This document shows, piece by piece, positions 22,301-30,962 of a DNA stretch of 64,000 nucleotides. Made by a program: the position numbers and the translations under genes. Below the pieces are notes generated by a model that was not told the DNA's origin, did not search any database, and worked only from the letters and a program-made list of their open reading frames with translations. Position 1 is the first letter of the stretch. Each line of letters opens with the position of its first letter. Origin of the DNA: a virus; the IMG/VR virus record IMGVR_UViG_3300024346_000047, positions 4,405-68,404 of that record. The stretch is one strand, 5' to 3'.

Positions 22301-24115
22301 TCAGAGTATAAACCAGATAAAAGAATGGGTGCTAAATTAGAAAAAGCATTTAACTCTTTAAAGCTAGAAGGTATAAAAACTAAAAAGGAATTAAAATCTA
22401 AACTAACAGATAACGAAAACAAGTTTCTTGATTTTGCTAAACTAGAGTTTTCTAAAATAAGAGAATCATATCAAGATACTTATAGAAACTCATACGGTAA
22501 AGAGTTAGAATTAGAAGACAATTACCTTCCTACTTTTGCTAGAAAAAAAGGAGAGAGTAAGAAAGATATAGAGTCTAATAATTACGCTAGAACAATGGAT
22601 TCTGATTCTCAAGGAAGATCAATTAAGAGAGCTAAGACAGATATGACAGGTGCTACTGTTTATAACTACGACATTAAGAGAACAGCTTCTGAAGGTTATT
22701 ACCAGACTCAGTATGATATTAATACTTTAAGAGATAGGCAGGTTTTAAATTCTTTAATGAACTCTCCAGTTTTTAAGGATTTATTAATGGGTAGAAATGC
22801 AGAAAATGTAAATGGAAGTCATATAGAGTTGTATGAAGAATTTGTAAATAGAATGAAAACCTTAGCAGGTAAAAGAAAATCTTCTACATCTTTAATTGAA
22901 GCAGAGAAGTCTAAATTAAAAAAAGTAAGCTCTAGAATAGGTAATGCTTTAATTGCGCTTCCTTTAAAAGATGTGACACAATTCATAAAACAACCTGCTG
23001 CTATTATAATTAATACTTTATTAAGACATCCTGCTACTACTATCCAAGCATTTGGTGATGTATCTAAAATGATATTATCAGCTAACATACCAGGGGCAAC
23101 ACAAACAGAAGAAACAAAAGCAATAGTTTCTTTATTAGGTGAGGGTAACACTAAGTTAAGGGACACTATGGGTGATTTAGATTTTAAAAATGCTGAATCT
23201 ATTATTGAGAATTTAACCAATTTAACACCTAAAAAAATGAAAAGGATTATAAACGCTTTAGGGTCTGGGTCTTTAGGTGAAGCGGATATGATAGCTACAC
23301 AAGGAAACTGGATGGCTAATTATAGATCTTTTAGAAGAAAGCAAGAAGGATCAGGTTTTAAGTTTGACATTATAGAAGAAGCTAAGAATCCTAACTCTGA
23401 TGCTGTTACCGCTGCTAATTTAGCGGCAGATGAAGTAAATAACGTTTCAGATTCTACTACTAAAAATCAAGATGAAACTGCTGTGTTAAATACATTATTC
23501 TTTTTATTTAAAAGTTTTTCTATTAATCAAACAATACACACCTACTTGGATATAAAAAACGCTTTTAAATCAGATTCTAAATCAGATAAAATTGAAGCAA
23601 CTAAAGCATTAACAGGTTCATTAACTGGTATTATGGCTTTTGTTGCTGTGAAACAATACGTACTAGATAAGGGTATAGACTCTATAATGGATGAGTTTTT
23701 CGGAGAGCTTGACAAGGAAGACGAAGACGAAGAAAAAGGGGTTTTATCATTTTTAGCTGAAGGTTTATCTGAACTGTTTATGGGTGGATTACCTGATGAT
23801 ATTATGTGGGCAGCTAAAGAGGGAGTAAATTATATCTCTGATAAAGTATCAGAAGACGAAGTGTTTAAAATTTACAGCAGCAAAGTAGGAGTAATAGGGT
23901 TGGGTACATCTTACGTTAAAGATATTGCAGATGATATAGATATATTATTTGGAAATAACGAGTATAAAGAAGACGGAAGAACTTATGAAATAGATTACAG
24001 TTCGTCTATGAAAAAAGCAGCAGTAGCAGACTTAGTAGGAGTACTTACTCAATGGGGTAACACGAAAAGAGTAGGAGAGAAAACTAAAAGAGCAATAAAA
24101 AAGAGAGAAAAATAA
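16346..24115 (+). CDS. Giant virion ejection protein with zincin-like metallopeptidase motif
   Basis: 2589 aa; VLSHEFGHILQ plus downstream EWFAD; Gly/Ala-rich hydrophobic segment; long K/E coiled coils. Confidence 0.7.
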   Translation: MPNNLSVNLPEYGSYTKEQLVDKYGEGWENRVNDLNGSVSLEGYGEYSVSDLRNKYGDDWENRVDLINNPKKKEQEEQVQEDSESVSEDGSLESQEVTEEVDYSQVKKPEDYQFKTQNELELEAIEKQQSELVDISDEALLKIEEDRKAASKDQRLELEEAVSYVGANLTDDQLLSKSTQDLADELDTDIYSSDLNFALKGRKNDIINARTKEYSEEVKKSQIDSLLSEGLPQAEADSIYASTKKDDLLKSGIKVLGLDEEEVLKYSDFITEYYTLRNKGSERTDEENIKLVGLGEEIKNLREDMNAKEFINPETNNIDQEKAEESINLVLKYEKELKTDQQKFSERYSSERDKLKYLEKELLSMFDEGSGKDGITRSSVIEDIPSVLKGGGVLDNIYMRDEAEEAVNKYKSLYEEYEDTKSNFSALSRALLLNEDPASVSRGLGESDIPYLGAVMNVIGNVITAGGESLIEESTGFNVQTDSDFASKIVQIANEEGVKVTPEQAERAIPEFSEQLGSGIGASLPMMSDIIINTVIGNKIKGVLGVPKFFSKLEYLKKSPKITKLLDNTLEATQQALVFEFSEGGSAAMGVGEFLGEKGFEKAISKLGGKYGKVFKLLGKTLSAGVGGTFGEYGGDLAEQSFKHGLLTKASFRETFGRDYNEGLDKLILTGVISTIMGGGSQVGSFLSDSKAYYESIGDTQRVGDIQQLIDANKANDLAARVKSGEATIEELESVLGSGKDKPKKLDDMSKEELDAYAKENDIELEEIEKTLTPEETEEEVVPEEEIEKTLTPEETEEEVVPEEEIEKTLTPEETEEEVVPEEEIEEEEKPKTKDPEDNTLTLEEEVVEEPITEPDTISEEEIEESEEVESIPKEEAVEKITQKESLVVDSEESKENKEDIFTPSDLEELNPKAKLLVEKSINSLENTKKQLAESIRKKDTLSIKENTSRIGRLEVYLKKQKQNLIKKKKAEVKRIERQELKAKKEASRLEEERQIRESKSSTLSKVKSKWASEHSKETKGESFELETEGSDNIGLIEGYDSRTGSVIYGAYKNGNRTRVGISSYKGDLFTEGEVAKLKKLEQELRDQDLENSKKGSPFDLKESDVVSTPSVSEGNNILVKALKKAFGLDGVKILITTDSDLTNEVFEEYNLTGDYGKVRSAKLNSAEKQTRGVTSRIKEGEHYIYVDESLTPEQQAVVLSHEFGHILQKEKFNKLSETEQQLVKDEYNKWYASLTGKTLKEVREEVSDVSMWEIMNDTDSVFNPNQRFDRYLSSFSEWFADNVSKYVSSSEKPKSALDKFFYDIYSALKKIYTSFKKKNKKFPKFEEWLDSVFDPVKAEEVLEEYSVQKSKSGFSKTELQNKADTLADKSKKEYDKQKTQGKNSKQAAEETFRKVFKNASWFNKLSKVDQASVEADFNNRLVETFENPNPAKNQKGKPPKPKDTSDKVVTTVMKQLKEKWKNQDKGITEGKREALKTVKESQAEFQKDLNEVTKYLSESKRKRAELLLRKVKDQKSLEESRAALDALVSDKQVYVTAKESDINAELIRAEKKAEKNLTIEQRKRLKEITKDLKGRLKGKVNLRTAIQIANKLAGLDPFDISKVAEFESFVNNVVEDTEYTTKKSTAKSLQTKIKNKLKSLNKQAGKSKLGIRQVKATELAKLDINRIEDLEAFNEIAEKVLQSLSGKQVSFAEVSSQLDALVSETQKATKEFNEKLAKEQEAKIRAEYEASPMRDTMSFEKYQEIVEDIRQDELTAKAEAKLEESSDEMRSWVANRIDVIKSNLDVITSGMTPAQKAIIKTLIKAKDIISNKSIVGVKSLAKINQALDEIITYNSTSGVGIIDAELEALRASVNLARTLKGKLDPGNFLAKKGKGFMKIVSQKSNLTQFFKGITKGGEAMRNIAQKTVAKFESGFKNAKVLHKKFNTSLIALADALDIKEDQSIRIGIISRLEQNTQGLTEEESNLDLEEKITAIKNEIKTLKLSEYKPDKRMGAKLEKAFNSLKLEGIKTKKELKSKLTDNENKFLDFAKLEFSKIRESYQDTYRNSYGKELELEDNYLPTFARKKGESKKDIESNNYARTMDSDSQGRSIKRAKTDMTGATVYNYDIKRTASEGYYQTQYDINTLRDRQVLNSLMNSPVFKDLLMGRNAENVNGSHIELYEEFVNRMKTLAGKRKSSTSLIEAEKSKLKKVSSRIGNALIALPLKDVTQFIKQPAAIIINTLLRHPATTIQAFGDVSKMILSANIPGATQTEETKAIVSLLGEGNTKLRDTMGDLDFKNAESIIENLTNLTPKKMKRIINALGSGSLGEADMIATQGNWMANYRSFRRKQEGSGFKFDIIEEAKNPNSDAVTAANLAADEVNNVSDSTTKNQDETAVLNTLFFLFKSFSINQTIHTYLDIKNAFKSDSKSDKIEATKALTGSLTGIMAFVAVKQYVLDKGIDSIMDEFFGELDKEDEDEEKGVLSFLAEGLSELFMGGLPDDIMWAAKEGVNYISDKVSEDEVFKIYSSKVGVIGLGTSYVKDIADDIDILFGNNEYKEDGRTYEIDYSSSMKKAAVADLVGVLTQWGNTKRVGEKTKRAIKKREK
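18641..18822 (+). repeat. 57-bp perfect coding tandem repeat, 3 copies plus partial (EEIEKTLTPEETEEEVVPE)
   Basis: Units at 18641, 18698 and 18755 are identical. Confidence 0.95.
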
Positions 24116-24148
24116 AATAACTATCTTAGGTATTCTTAATAAAGAAAA

Positions 24149-26923
24149 ATGGCAGGAACTCAAAACGTACAAGGAATAAACGCAATAGCAATAGCGAGAG
24201 GAAAAGAAGAGCCGTCTAACAGGAATGTTTTATGGCTTGACGAAAACATCACAGGATCTTTTTATAAAATCATTAAATGTTTTAATTTAGAATCAGGTAA
24301 ATGGGAGTTACTTTCTCGTTCTAATCTAGAATTGTTATCTGACCTTAAAACAGTAGATGGTAAAGGCTCTGGATTGGATGCGGATACAATACAAGGTTTA
24401 ACTCCTGAAGAGTTATTAGGAGATAACGCTATACCTAATTTATCTACAGGTCAAATTATTGCTGGGCAGGCTGACACAATTGGTGTAGCGAAAACAGTTG
24501 GCGGTGTGGTAACAATGGATGCAGATGGTAATTTCGCTTACACACCTAACTCTATCTCTCATACAGGTTTATCGGATATAGGTACTAATACACACGCTCA
24601 GATAGACACTCATATATCTAATGCGTCTAACCCTCATTCGGTAACAGCTTCACAAGTAGGTAACACTTTACCTCAATGGAACGCTAATAGTATAGAGGGT
24701 AATTTAACAAACTTAGGAACATTAGGGGTAGGTCAAGATGGGTATTCTATAACATGGGATAATGCAACATCTAGATTTATAACTACGAGTGTAGATTCTA
24801 TTTATAATAGTGACGGAGAGTTGTCAGGAAATAGAATTATTAGTGGAGGTGGAACAAAAAGCTTGTCTTTAGGAGATAATGTCTTAAATGAAAACCTTGG
24901 CTATATTAAAACTAATTCAACTCAAGGATTAGAGCAGTTTTCAAGTGTATTTCCGATTACAAGTGCAGGTTTAGAGGTAATTAAAAATCCTGCTAACTTT
25001 ATAGCAAATGTAAAGTCAAGTGCAACTGATTATTCTCAATTTAGATTACAAAGTGATGAATTTATAGTAAATAGTTTTTTAGGTACTAATAACTATATGC
25101 ACTCAAGTACTCCTGCTTTAAGTAGTACAATTATATCTGATGGAGGAGCAGGAACAAATTCAAGACTTTTGCTGTATGGCTCAGGTAGAGTTGATTTAGG
25201 TACAACAGGCTCAGTTGGAGCTTATATTACCTTAGATACTTCAAACACTTTTACAGATAGAAATACAACTCCAAAAGGACTTGAATATACTTTGGACTAT
25301 TCTGCTAATTTTACAAACCGTTCTTTAGTTGATAAAGAATATGTTGATAATAATGCAGGAGGTGATTCAATCTATACGGCTGATGGTACATTGACAGGGA
25401 ATAGAACGGTTGATTTAGACGGGAATGATTTAAGTTTTGAAGGAAATTCGGGGTTAAATATTGATAATACAGCAGTAAACAACAATAAAGCTTTACTATC
25501 TCTTTCTAAGGGAATGAGTAATTCTGAAACACGTTCAACATTTATAGAGGGTATTCAAAACGGTTCAACAAATAATTATTGGAAAATATACCAAAAAGGA
25601 AGTTCAAACTTTATGAACAACAACGGTATTGGGTTTTATAGAAATAATACCGCTAGTCAAGGAACTGAATACGGAATGACGGGAATAAGTGCGATTAATA
25701 GTGCTTTATATATTGCTAACTATACAGATTCAACACCTCGTATGACGCTATATGGTGGAACTACTAATGTTACGGGTAACGGATATTTGAAGTTTTGGGA
25801 CTACAACGCATCGACTCAAAGAATACAAATAGCAAGAAGTGGAACGAATTTTATTAATCCCGACACGAGAACGGGTGGAGTTGCAGGGTTGATTGTAATG
25901 GGCGACACTTATGTAGGAACTGAAAAAATAAGCCTACAAGGTTCAACACTAATCAAAGGAAACGGAACTTCAACGGGTTCAACTTTAGCTTTATATAACA
26001 ACGATACAACACCCGTTAAGACTTGGGATTTCTTGGATAATGGGAATGTAAATTTAGGGGTTGATAGTACGGTTGATTTAGATAGTAATAAATTAACTTT
26101 TGACGCGGGAAATTCTACAGATGGCGGTGTTGTTGTTGATGGTTCAAATTACACAGGGAATCAAGACCCTGTTTTTACTGTTTTAGGTCAGGTAAATAGT
26201 AGTTTTCGGATAAACGAAAAAGGTTTTATCACTAACAGCGAAATAGAAGATAATAACATTTTAAAATTAGAAACTTCTAATAATTCATTCAATTTAATTC
26301 ACGAAGCTGGGATATTTAGTTCCAAAGCTTCGAGCTTCAAATTTATACACCCAACATTTACCACGAATTATGTAGAAATAGACGCAAGTAGAACACGTAT
26401 GAAATTCTTTTTTTTAGGGAATGCCGTACACGATATAATGGCGGAATTTGATACTAACTTCTACCAAAGTGGTTTTTCCTCAAATAAATGGATTTCTTTT
26501 GGTTCTTCTTCAAGAATTTCAACCGAAGATATATCCTTACAAGGCGATACATTAATTGATGGCTCGTTGGATATGAACAACAACCGTATAACAAACACGA
26601 TTGTTAATCCATCAGTTCAAGAAACAACTTCAACGGCAACTTTTACAATAAACGTAGATGAAGAAACAACGGGAGTTTTGACGGCTATTGCATTAGCTAC
26701 GACAATAGCAAGTCCAACGGGAACACCCGTACAAAGTCAGAATTTAATATTTAGGTTTAAAGACAATGGTACTGCAAGAGCATTAACTTGGAACGCAATA
26801 TTTAGAGCAATAGGAATAACTTTACCAACAACAACAACTGCAAACAAATTACTTTACGTAGGTTGTAAATACAATTCAACAGACACTAAATGGGATGTTG
26901 TTTCAGTACAAGAAGAAGCATAA
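24149..26923 (+). CDS. Tail fibre / receptor-binding protein
   Basis: 924 aa; VDGKGSGLDAD, HISNASNPHSVT and repeated DSIY.DG.L.GNR motifs typical of phage fibres. Confidence 0.75.
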   Translation: MAGTQNVQGINAIAIARGKEEPSNRNVLWLDENITGSFYKIIKCFNLESGKWELLSRSNLELLSDLKTVDGKGSGLDADTIQGLTPEELLGDNAIPNLSTGQIIAGQADTIGVAKTVGGVVTMDADGNFAYTPNSISHTGLSDIGTNTHAQIDTHISNASNPHSVTASQVGNTLPQWNANSIEGNLTNLGTLGVGQDGYSITWDNATSRFITTSVDSIYNSDGELSGNRIISGGGTKSLSLGDNVLNENLGYIKTNSTQGLEQFSSVFPITSAGLEVIKNPANFIANVKSSATDYSQFRLQSDEFIVNSFLGTNNYMHSSTPALSSTIISDGGAGTNSRLLLYGSGRVDLGTTGSVGAYITLDTSNTFTDRNTTPKGLEYTLDYSANFTNRSLVDKEYVDNNAGGDSIYTADGTLTGNRTVDLDGNDLSFEGNSGLNIDNTAVNNNKALLSLSKGMSNSETRSTFIEGIQNGSTNNYWKIYQKGSSNFMNNNGIGFYRNNTASQGTEYGMTGISAINSALYIANYTDSTPRMTLYGGTTNVTGNGYLKFWDYNASTQRIQIARSGTNFINPDTRTGGVAGLIVMGDTYVGTEKISLQGSTLIKGNGTSTGSTLALYNNDTTPVKTWDFLDNGNVNLGVDSTVDLDSNKLTFDAGNSTDGGVVVDGSNYTGNQDPVFTVLGQVNSSFRINEKGFITNSEIEDNNILKLETSNNSFNLIHEAGIFSSKASSFKFIHPTFTTNYVEIDASRTRMKFFFLGNAVHDIMAEFDTNFYQSGFSSNKWISFGSSSRISTEDISLQGDTLIDGSLDMNNNRITNTIVNPSVQETTSTATFTINVDEETTGVLTAIALATTIASPTGTPVQSQNLIFRFKDNGTARALTWNAIFRAIGITLPTTTTANKLLYVGCKYNSTDTKWDVVSVQEEA

Positions 26924-26959
26924 AAAGTGGTAATAATAACTATTAAAAATTAAAAAAAA

Positions 26960-27241
26960 GTGATAACAATAATTAGTAAAATAGAGTTAGAGGGTGAGGA
27001 CAACCTTAAATCATCAGATGTAGGATATACATCTGATGTTGATGTTATAAATGAAATAAACGAAGCCTATGACGCTTCATTAGGGTTGTTTTTAGGAGAA
27101 AATAGAACTAAACTTGAGTTAAACCTTGTAAGTGTAAGTTCTTTCTTTTCTGAAACTCCTTATGTAAACGAGGCAAGAACTCAGGTTGAAAACACAGAAG
27201 GCTTAGTTTTAATTGAGATAACTAACATAAATCAATTATAA
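26960..27241 (+). CDS. Hypothetical tail-associated protein
   Basis: 93 aa, GTG start, between fibre genes. Confidence 0.5.
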   Translation: MITIISKIELEGEDNLKSSDVGYTSDVDVINEINEAYDASLGLFLGENRTKLELNLVSVSSFFSETPYVNEARTQVENTEGLVLIEITNINQL

Positions 27242-27906
27242 TGTCTGTACCTATTAAAGGAAATACTACAAGTAATAATTCAACTCCAGGTGGTAGTTTT
27301 AGAAATCAAGCACACACCCAAAATACGGGTAGTGGCGGATTAATAGTTGCTCAATTTTGTATGAGTAATAGTGTATCCTATTCAAGTGCTACTTATGGAG
27401 GATTTGCAATGACTCAGTTATATCAAATTAACAGAAGCGGATTAGGTCAAAGAATGGCTTTTTTTTATTTAGAAAATCCACCAACAGGAAGTAATACTTT
27501 AAGAGTTAATTTCAGTGGTTCACAATGGAATCCACTTAGTACGCACATAAGAAGCTTTACAAACTCAGGAGGTATTGGTAACTCATTAAGATCAGGAGGT
27601 TCTGCAACACCACATAACGCAAGTTTAACGGTTTCTGATGATAGCTTGATAATGATGACTTCATGTAGTATTAACGCTATTACAAGCCAACAAATACCAA
27701 CAGGAACAAATCAATCATACAGCCAACATAACACCAATAGACAAGTTGCTACAGGTGCTATTTCATCAAATGCTGGTCATAGTGCAGGTAGTATTGCATT
27801 AAGAGCCACATCGACATTTGGTAATATATCATTAGATAGAACAGAAATATTAGGTGTATCTTCGCCAGTTAGTACGGGTAACGGAGATTTTTTCTTAGTG
27901 ATGTAA
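27241..27906 (+). CDS. Tail-associated beta-rich structural protein
   Basis: 221 aa S/G/T/N-rich; FYLENPPTGSNT motif. Confidence 0.55.
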   Translation: MSVPIKGNTTSNNSTPGGSFRNQAHTQNTGSGGLIVAQFCMSNSVSYSSATYGGFAMTQLYQINRSGLGQRMAFFYLENPPTGSNTLRVNFSGSQWNPLSTHIRSFTNSGGIGNSLRSGGSATPHNASLTVSDDSLIMMTSCSINAITSQQIPTGTNQSYSQHNTNRQVATGAISSNAGHSAGSIALRATSTFGNISLDRTEILGVSSPVSTGNGDFFLVM

Positions 27907-27930
27907 AAATAATTTTAATATATTTATAAA

Positions 27931-28284
27931 ATGGAAAGTACAAATTCAATTTATTACAAAGTAACAGGGAGTTTAACAAGCGACTTCGGAGAAACAATTA
28001 CAAACCCTATTGTTAAAATAGATGTAAGTTCAACAGGTGCAGAAAGTGATGGTTTACTGAAGTGCGAATACAAAGTTTATTTTTCTGAACAAAGTTATTT
28101 AGATGGAAAATATTTTTTTAAATCATGGGATTTGGAAGAAAATAAAAGAATTGTAAACTTTAATTATCCAGTTATTGATGTTCCAACATGGGGATTTATG
28201 ACGTATAAAGAATTACAGCGAAAAATAATTGCCGATCAATTTGGATGGACAATTGAAAACGTTGTTTTAGTAGAAGAAGCTTAA
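27931..28284 (+). CDS. Hypothetical protein, possible fibre chaperone
   Basis: 117 aa acidic ORF after fibre genes. Confidence 0.45.
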   Translation: MESTNSIYYKVTGSLTSDFGETITNPIVKIDVSSTGAESDGLLKCEYKVYFSEQSYLDGKYFFKSWDLEENKRIVNFNYPVIDVPTWGFMTYKELQRKIIADQFGWTIENVVLVEEA

Positions 28285-28637
28285 TGTTAGGGTTTTTATT
28301 ATTAATAATAGCACTAGTGTTATCAGTCATCCTGTTTCCTTTAGGTTGGTTGTATTCTTTATTTACTTTTAAATTAAGCATAAGAAGGTTAGGTAGTTAT
28401 TTTAAAGCTATAGCTATATCCATAGATCAATTAGGAAATGTGGTAATGTCTAACCTTTTAGATGACACACTTATAAAAAAACATGGTTATAAGTTTGGAA
28501 ATCCTGATGAAACTATTAGTATGGTGTTAGGGATAAACAAAAAGGATAAATCTTTAACTAAGTGGGGTGTTAGATTAGCAAACATCTTAAACAAGATAGA
28601 AGATAATCACGTAGAAAAAGCTATAGAGAAAAGATAA
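28284..28637 (+). CDS. Phage membrane protein
   Basis: N-terminal TM segment; AISIDQLGN...FGNPDETIS motif recurrent in phages. Confidence 0.55.
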   Translation: MLGFLLLIIALVLSVILFPLGWLYSLFTFKLSIRRLGSYFKAIAISIDQLGNVVMSNLLDDTLIKKHGYKFGNPDETISMVLGINKKDKSLTKWGVRLANILNKIEDNHVEKAIEKR

Positions 28638-28702
28638 TTTTATCTTGCTATATAATGTTTTTAGTTATAACTTAGATTAATTAATAATTAAAACTATATT
28701 TT

Positions 28703-28885
28703 ATGTTAAGTAAAGAAGAAGTTAAAAACTTAGAAGCTATTTTCTCATTAGCTAGGATTCAAATCACCAACACTAGACCAGATCATAAAAACGATCTTAT
28801 TCAATTGTTAAACTTTGAAACATCAATTTTGGAAAAGTTATCCGAAAAAGAACAAAAAGAAGATTCAGAACCATTAGAATACTAA
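28703..28885 (+). CDS. Small hypothetical protein
   Basis: 60 aa with own promoter-like motif and downstream terminator. Confidence 0.5.
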   Translation: MLSKEEVKNLEAIFSLARIQITNTRPDHKNDLIQLLNFETSILEKLSEKEQKEDSEPLEY

Positions 28886-28917
28886 AAAAAAGGAGAGCTT
28901 AGGTTCTCCTTTTTTTT
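28886..28917. terminator. Bidirectional-type terminator
   Basis: aaaaaaaggaga-gcttaggt-tctccttttttt. Confidence 0.8.
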
Positions 28918-29031
28918 GACATATTTTTCTTAAAATAATTTTTAACAGTAAAAATAACTTCGTTCAAAGATATTTTTTAACAGTGTTGATTTTTTTATTT
29001 ATATTACGTTTAATATAAAAATACTATATTT

Positions 29032-29325
29032 ATGACTGATATAACTATAAAAAAAAGCATAATGGATAACTCTATTTTTGGAATAATTTTTAATTCTATA
29101 GGATCTCTTTTTGGGTGGATAGTGATAGGAGAAAGTGTAGACTCTATAAGAGATAGTGTTCCAAGTCTAGATTATATTAAAATAATTGTAACTAATGCTT
29201 CTGAATCAGGAATAGATGTAACAAGCAAAGTAGCTGTTTTATCTCTAACAATTATGTCTTTAATTACATCTTCAATAACTATAGGTCAGTTTATTTATAA
29301 AGTATATAGTAATAAAAAAAAGTAA
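29032..29325 (+). CDS. Small membrane protein (holin-like)
   Basis: Two hydrophobic segments, basic C-terminus, upstream of endolysin. Confidence 0.45.
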   Translation: MTDITIKKSIMDNSIFGIIFNSIGSLFGWIVIGESVDSIRDSVPSLDYIKIIVTNASESGIDVTSKVAVLSLTIMSLITSSITIGQFIYKVYSNKKK

Positions 29326-29491
29326 CTAATTTATGTTATCTTTCGTTTAAAAACGATGAGAAATTTATATGTAAGAATTTGTAAAGTTTTAGCTGGGGTA
29401 ATTTTATTTGCTTTGGCTATTTTAGCTTTTTACCTTAACGTAAATGTTTTAATTGATTTTTTTAAAAATGTAAAATAAAAAACTTAGTTGT

Positions 29492-29920
29492 ATGGCAAGA
29501 AAGATAACAGAGAATTTTTCAGATGTAGAAGTGCTACCGAAAGAATATCATGGTAGAAAGTGGGAGATTTTTATAGATAAAAGAATAGTAGAAATAGCTC
29601 AAGAGCTTAGAAATGTATTTGGAGCTATTACTATTAATGATAAATCGATAGGGGGTAGCTATAACCTTTCAGGATGGAGACCATTTGATTGTAAGATAGG
29701 AGCTAAACATTCTTCTCATAAATTTGGAAGAGGATTAGATTTAAAGTTTAATACTAAAGGAGTAGATCCTATTTTAGTTCAGGATTATATTTTAAAAAAT
29801 CAGGAACGGTTTATGAAGTTAGGATTAACAAGATTAGAGAATGCAGAAATAACTAAAACTTGGTTGCATATAGATTGTAGCTCAACAGGTTTAGATAAGG
29901 TATACGTTTTTAACCCGTAG
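29492..29920 (+). CDS. Endolysin, peptidase M15-type
   Basis: SGWR...HSSHKFGRGLDL...WLHID zinc-peptidase signature. Confidence 0.8.
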   Translation: MARKITENFSDVEVLPKEYHGRKWEIFIDKRIVEIAQELRNVFGAITINDKSIGGSYNLSGWRPFDCKIGAKHSSHKFGRGLDLKFNTKGVDPILVQDYILKNQERFMKLGLTRLENAEITKTWLHIDCSSTGLDKVYVFNP

Positions 29921-29922
29921 AT

Positions 29923-30402
29923 ATGAATAAGTTTGTAAAGTTTTTAGGAAAAGCCAAAGGAGTGATTACTTCTAAGGGAGGAGATGTAGCTCAATTAGCG
30001 ATTGCAGCAGCTACGGGAGATTTTAAAGGTGCTTTAAAGGAGGTTGGTGATATTTTAGGTGCTGACTTAACCGATGAGGGTAAAGCTCTTTCAGAAGAGT
30101 TTAAAATCAGTATTAAGGAGTTTGAGCTGGAACACGCTAAGATTGAAATGGCTGATAGAGACTCAGCTAGAGAAATGCAATCAGAAGCATTAAATCAAAA
30201 TGATTTATTTTCTAAGCGTTTTATATACTACTTAGCTGCTTTTTGGAGTGTAGTAGGTGCTGCTTTTGTGTTACTAGTATTCTTTGTTGATATACCTGAA
30301 AAGAATCTTAGGTTAGTTGATACCCTTGAAGGGTTTGTGTTGAGTGGTGTTGTATCTACGATTATAGCTTTCTTTTATGGAGGGATGAACAATAAAGACT
30401 AA
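29923..30402 (+). CDS. Holin (3TM/GTA-like)
   Basis: DRDSAREMQ motif, C-terminal TM helices ending FFYG; follows endolysin. Confidence 0.7.
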   Translation: MNKFVKFLGKAKGVITSKGGDVAQLAIAAATGDFKGALKEVGDILGADLTDEGKALSEEFKISIKEFELEHAKIEMADRDSAREMQSEALNQNDLFSKRFIYYLAAFWSVVGAAFVLLVFFVDIPEKNLRLVDTLEGFVLSGVVSTIIAFFYGGMNNKD

Positions 30403-30737
30403 TCATCCCCAAATATTTTATAATACCTCAAATAGTTATTCTGTTTGAGGTATTTTTTTTGTTCATCTGTTAGGTTGAACTTCCTGATCTGGTCAAGTGT
30501 TCCGAACTCGTAAATTTGGTGGCAGGGTAAGCAAATAATCTTAAAGTTATCAGGATCTAATCTTAACTTAGGTTCTTTACTCTTAGGGATGATATGAGAA
30601 AAGTAAGCAGGATTAGGATCATCTCCTAAATCTTTATCACAGTTCTGGCAATAATGCTTTTTCTTTTCACTCCATAATTTAAGATGTAATTCTCTTTCCC
30701 CTGTAGGTTTTTTCTTTTTATATTTTATTCTACCCAT
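30399..30737 (-). CDS. HNH endonuclease
   Basis: CQNC...SHIIPKS...N...CLPCH. Confidence 0.8.
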   Translation of the reverse strand: MGRIKYKKKKPTGERELHLKLWSEKKKHYCQNCDKDLGDDPNPAYFSHIIPKSKEPKLRLDPDNFKIICLPCHQIYEFGTLDQIRKFNLTDEQKKYLKQNNYLRYYKIFGDD

Positions 30738-30747
30738 AGTGACACAT

Positions 30748-30957
30748 TTAGTACATATTTCTCTTATGATCAGGATTAGACTTAAACTCTACCTCTGATA
30801 ACACCTCTTCTACTTTTATGGTGTTAAGGAGTAAGTGTTTAAATCCATCATCTTCTTCCTTTACAGCTGTTGTAAATGTGTCGCACCGAGAAACTATGGT
30901 GTACTTAAAACCTTTATGAATAAACCTTCCGTATAATGGTACTCTTTGTACTTCCAT
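30748..30957 (-). CDS. Hypothetical protein
   Basis: 69 aa ORF in operon. Confidence 0.5.
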   Translation of the reverse strand: MEVQRVPLYGRFIHKGFKYTIVSRCDTFTTAVKEEDDGFKHLLLNTIKVEEVLSEVEFKSNPDHKRNMY

Positions 30958-30962
30958 TTTTT

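Noticed and set aside
537-23220. Minus-strand ORFs overlapping the structural genes (e.g. 18613..19188, 17536..17934, 22819..23220)
   Set aside because: Antisense shadows of long + strand genes with S/F/L-biased composition
24149-27906. Diversity-generating retroelement or invertible shufflon acting on the tail fibre
   Set aside because: No reverse transcriptase, no TR/VR pair and no inverted fibre cassettes seen; the serine recombinase is 20 kb away
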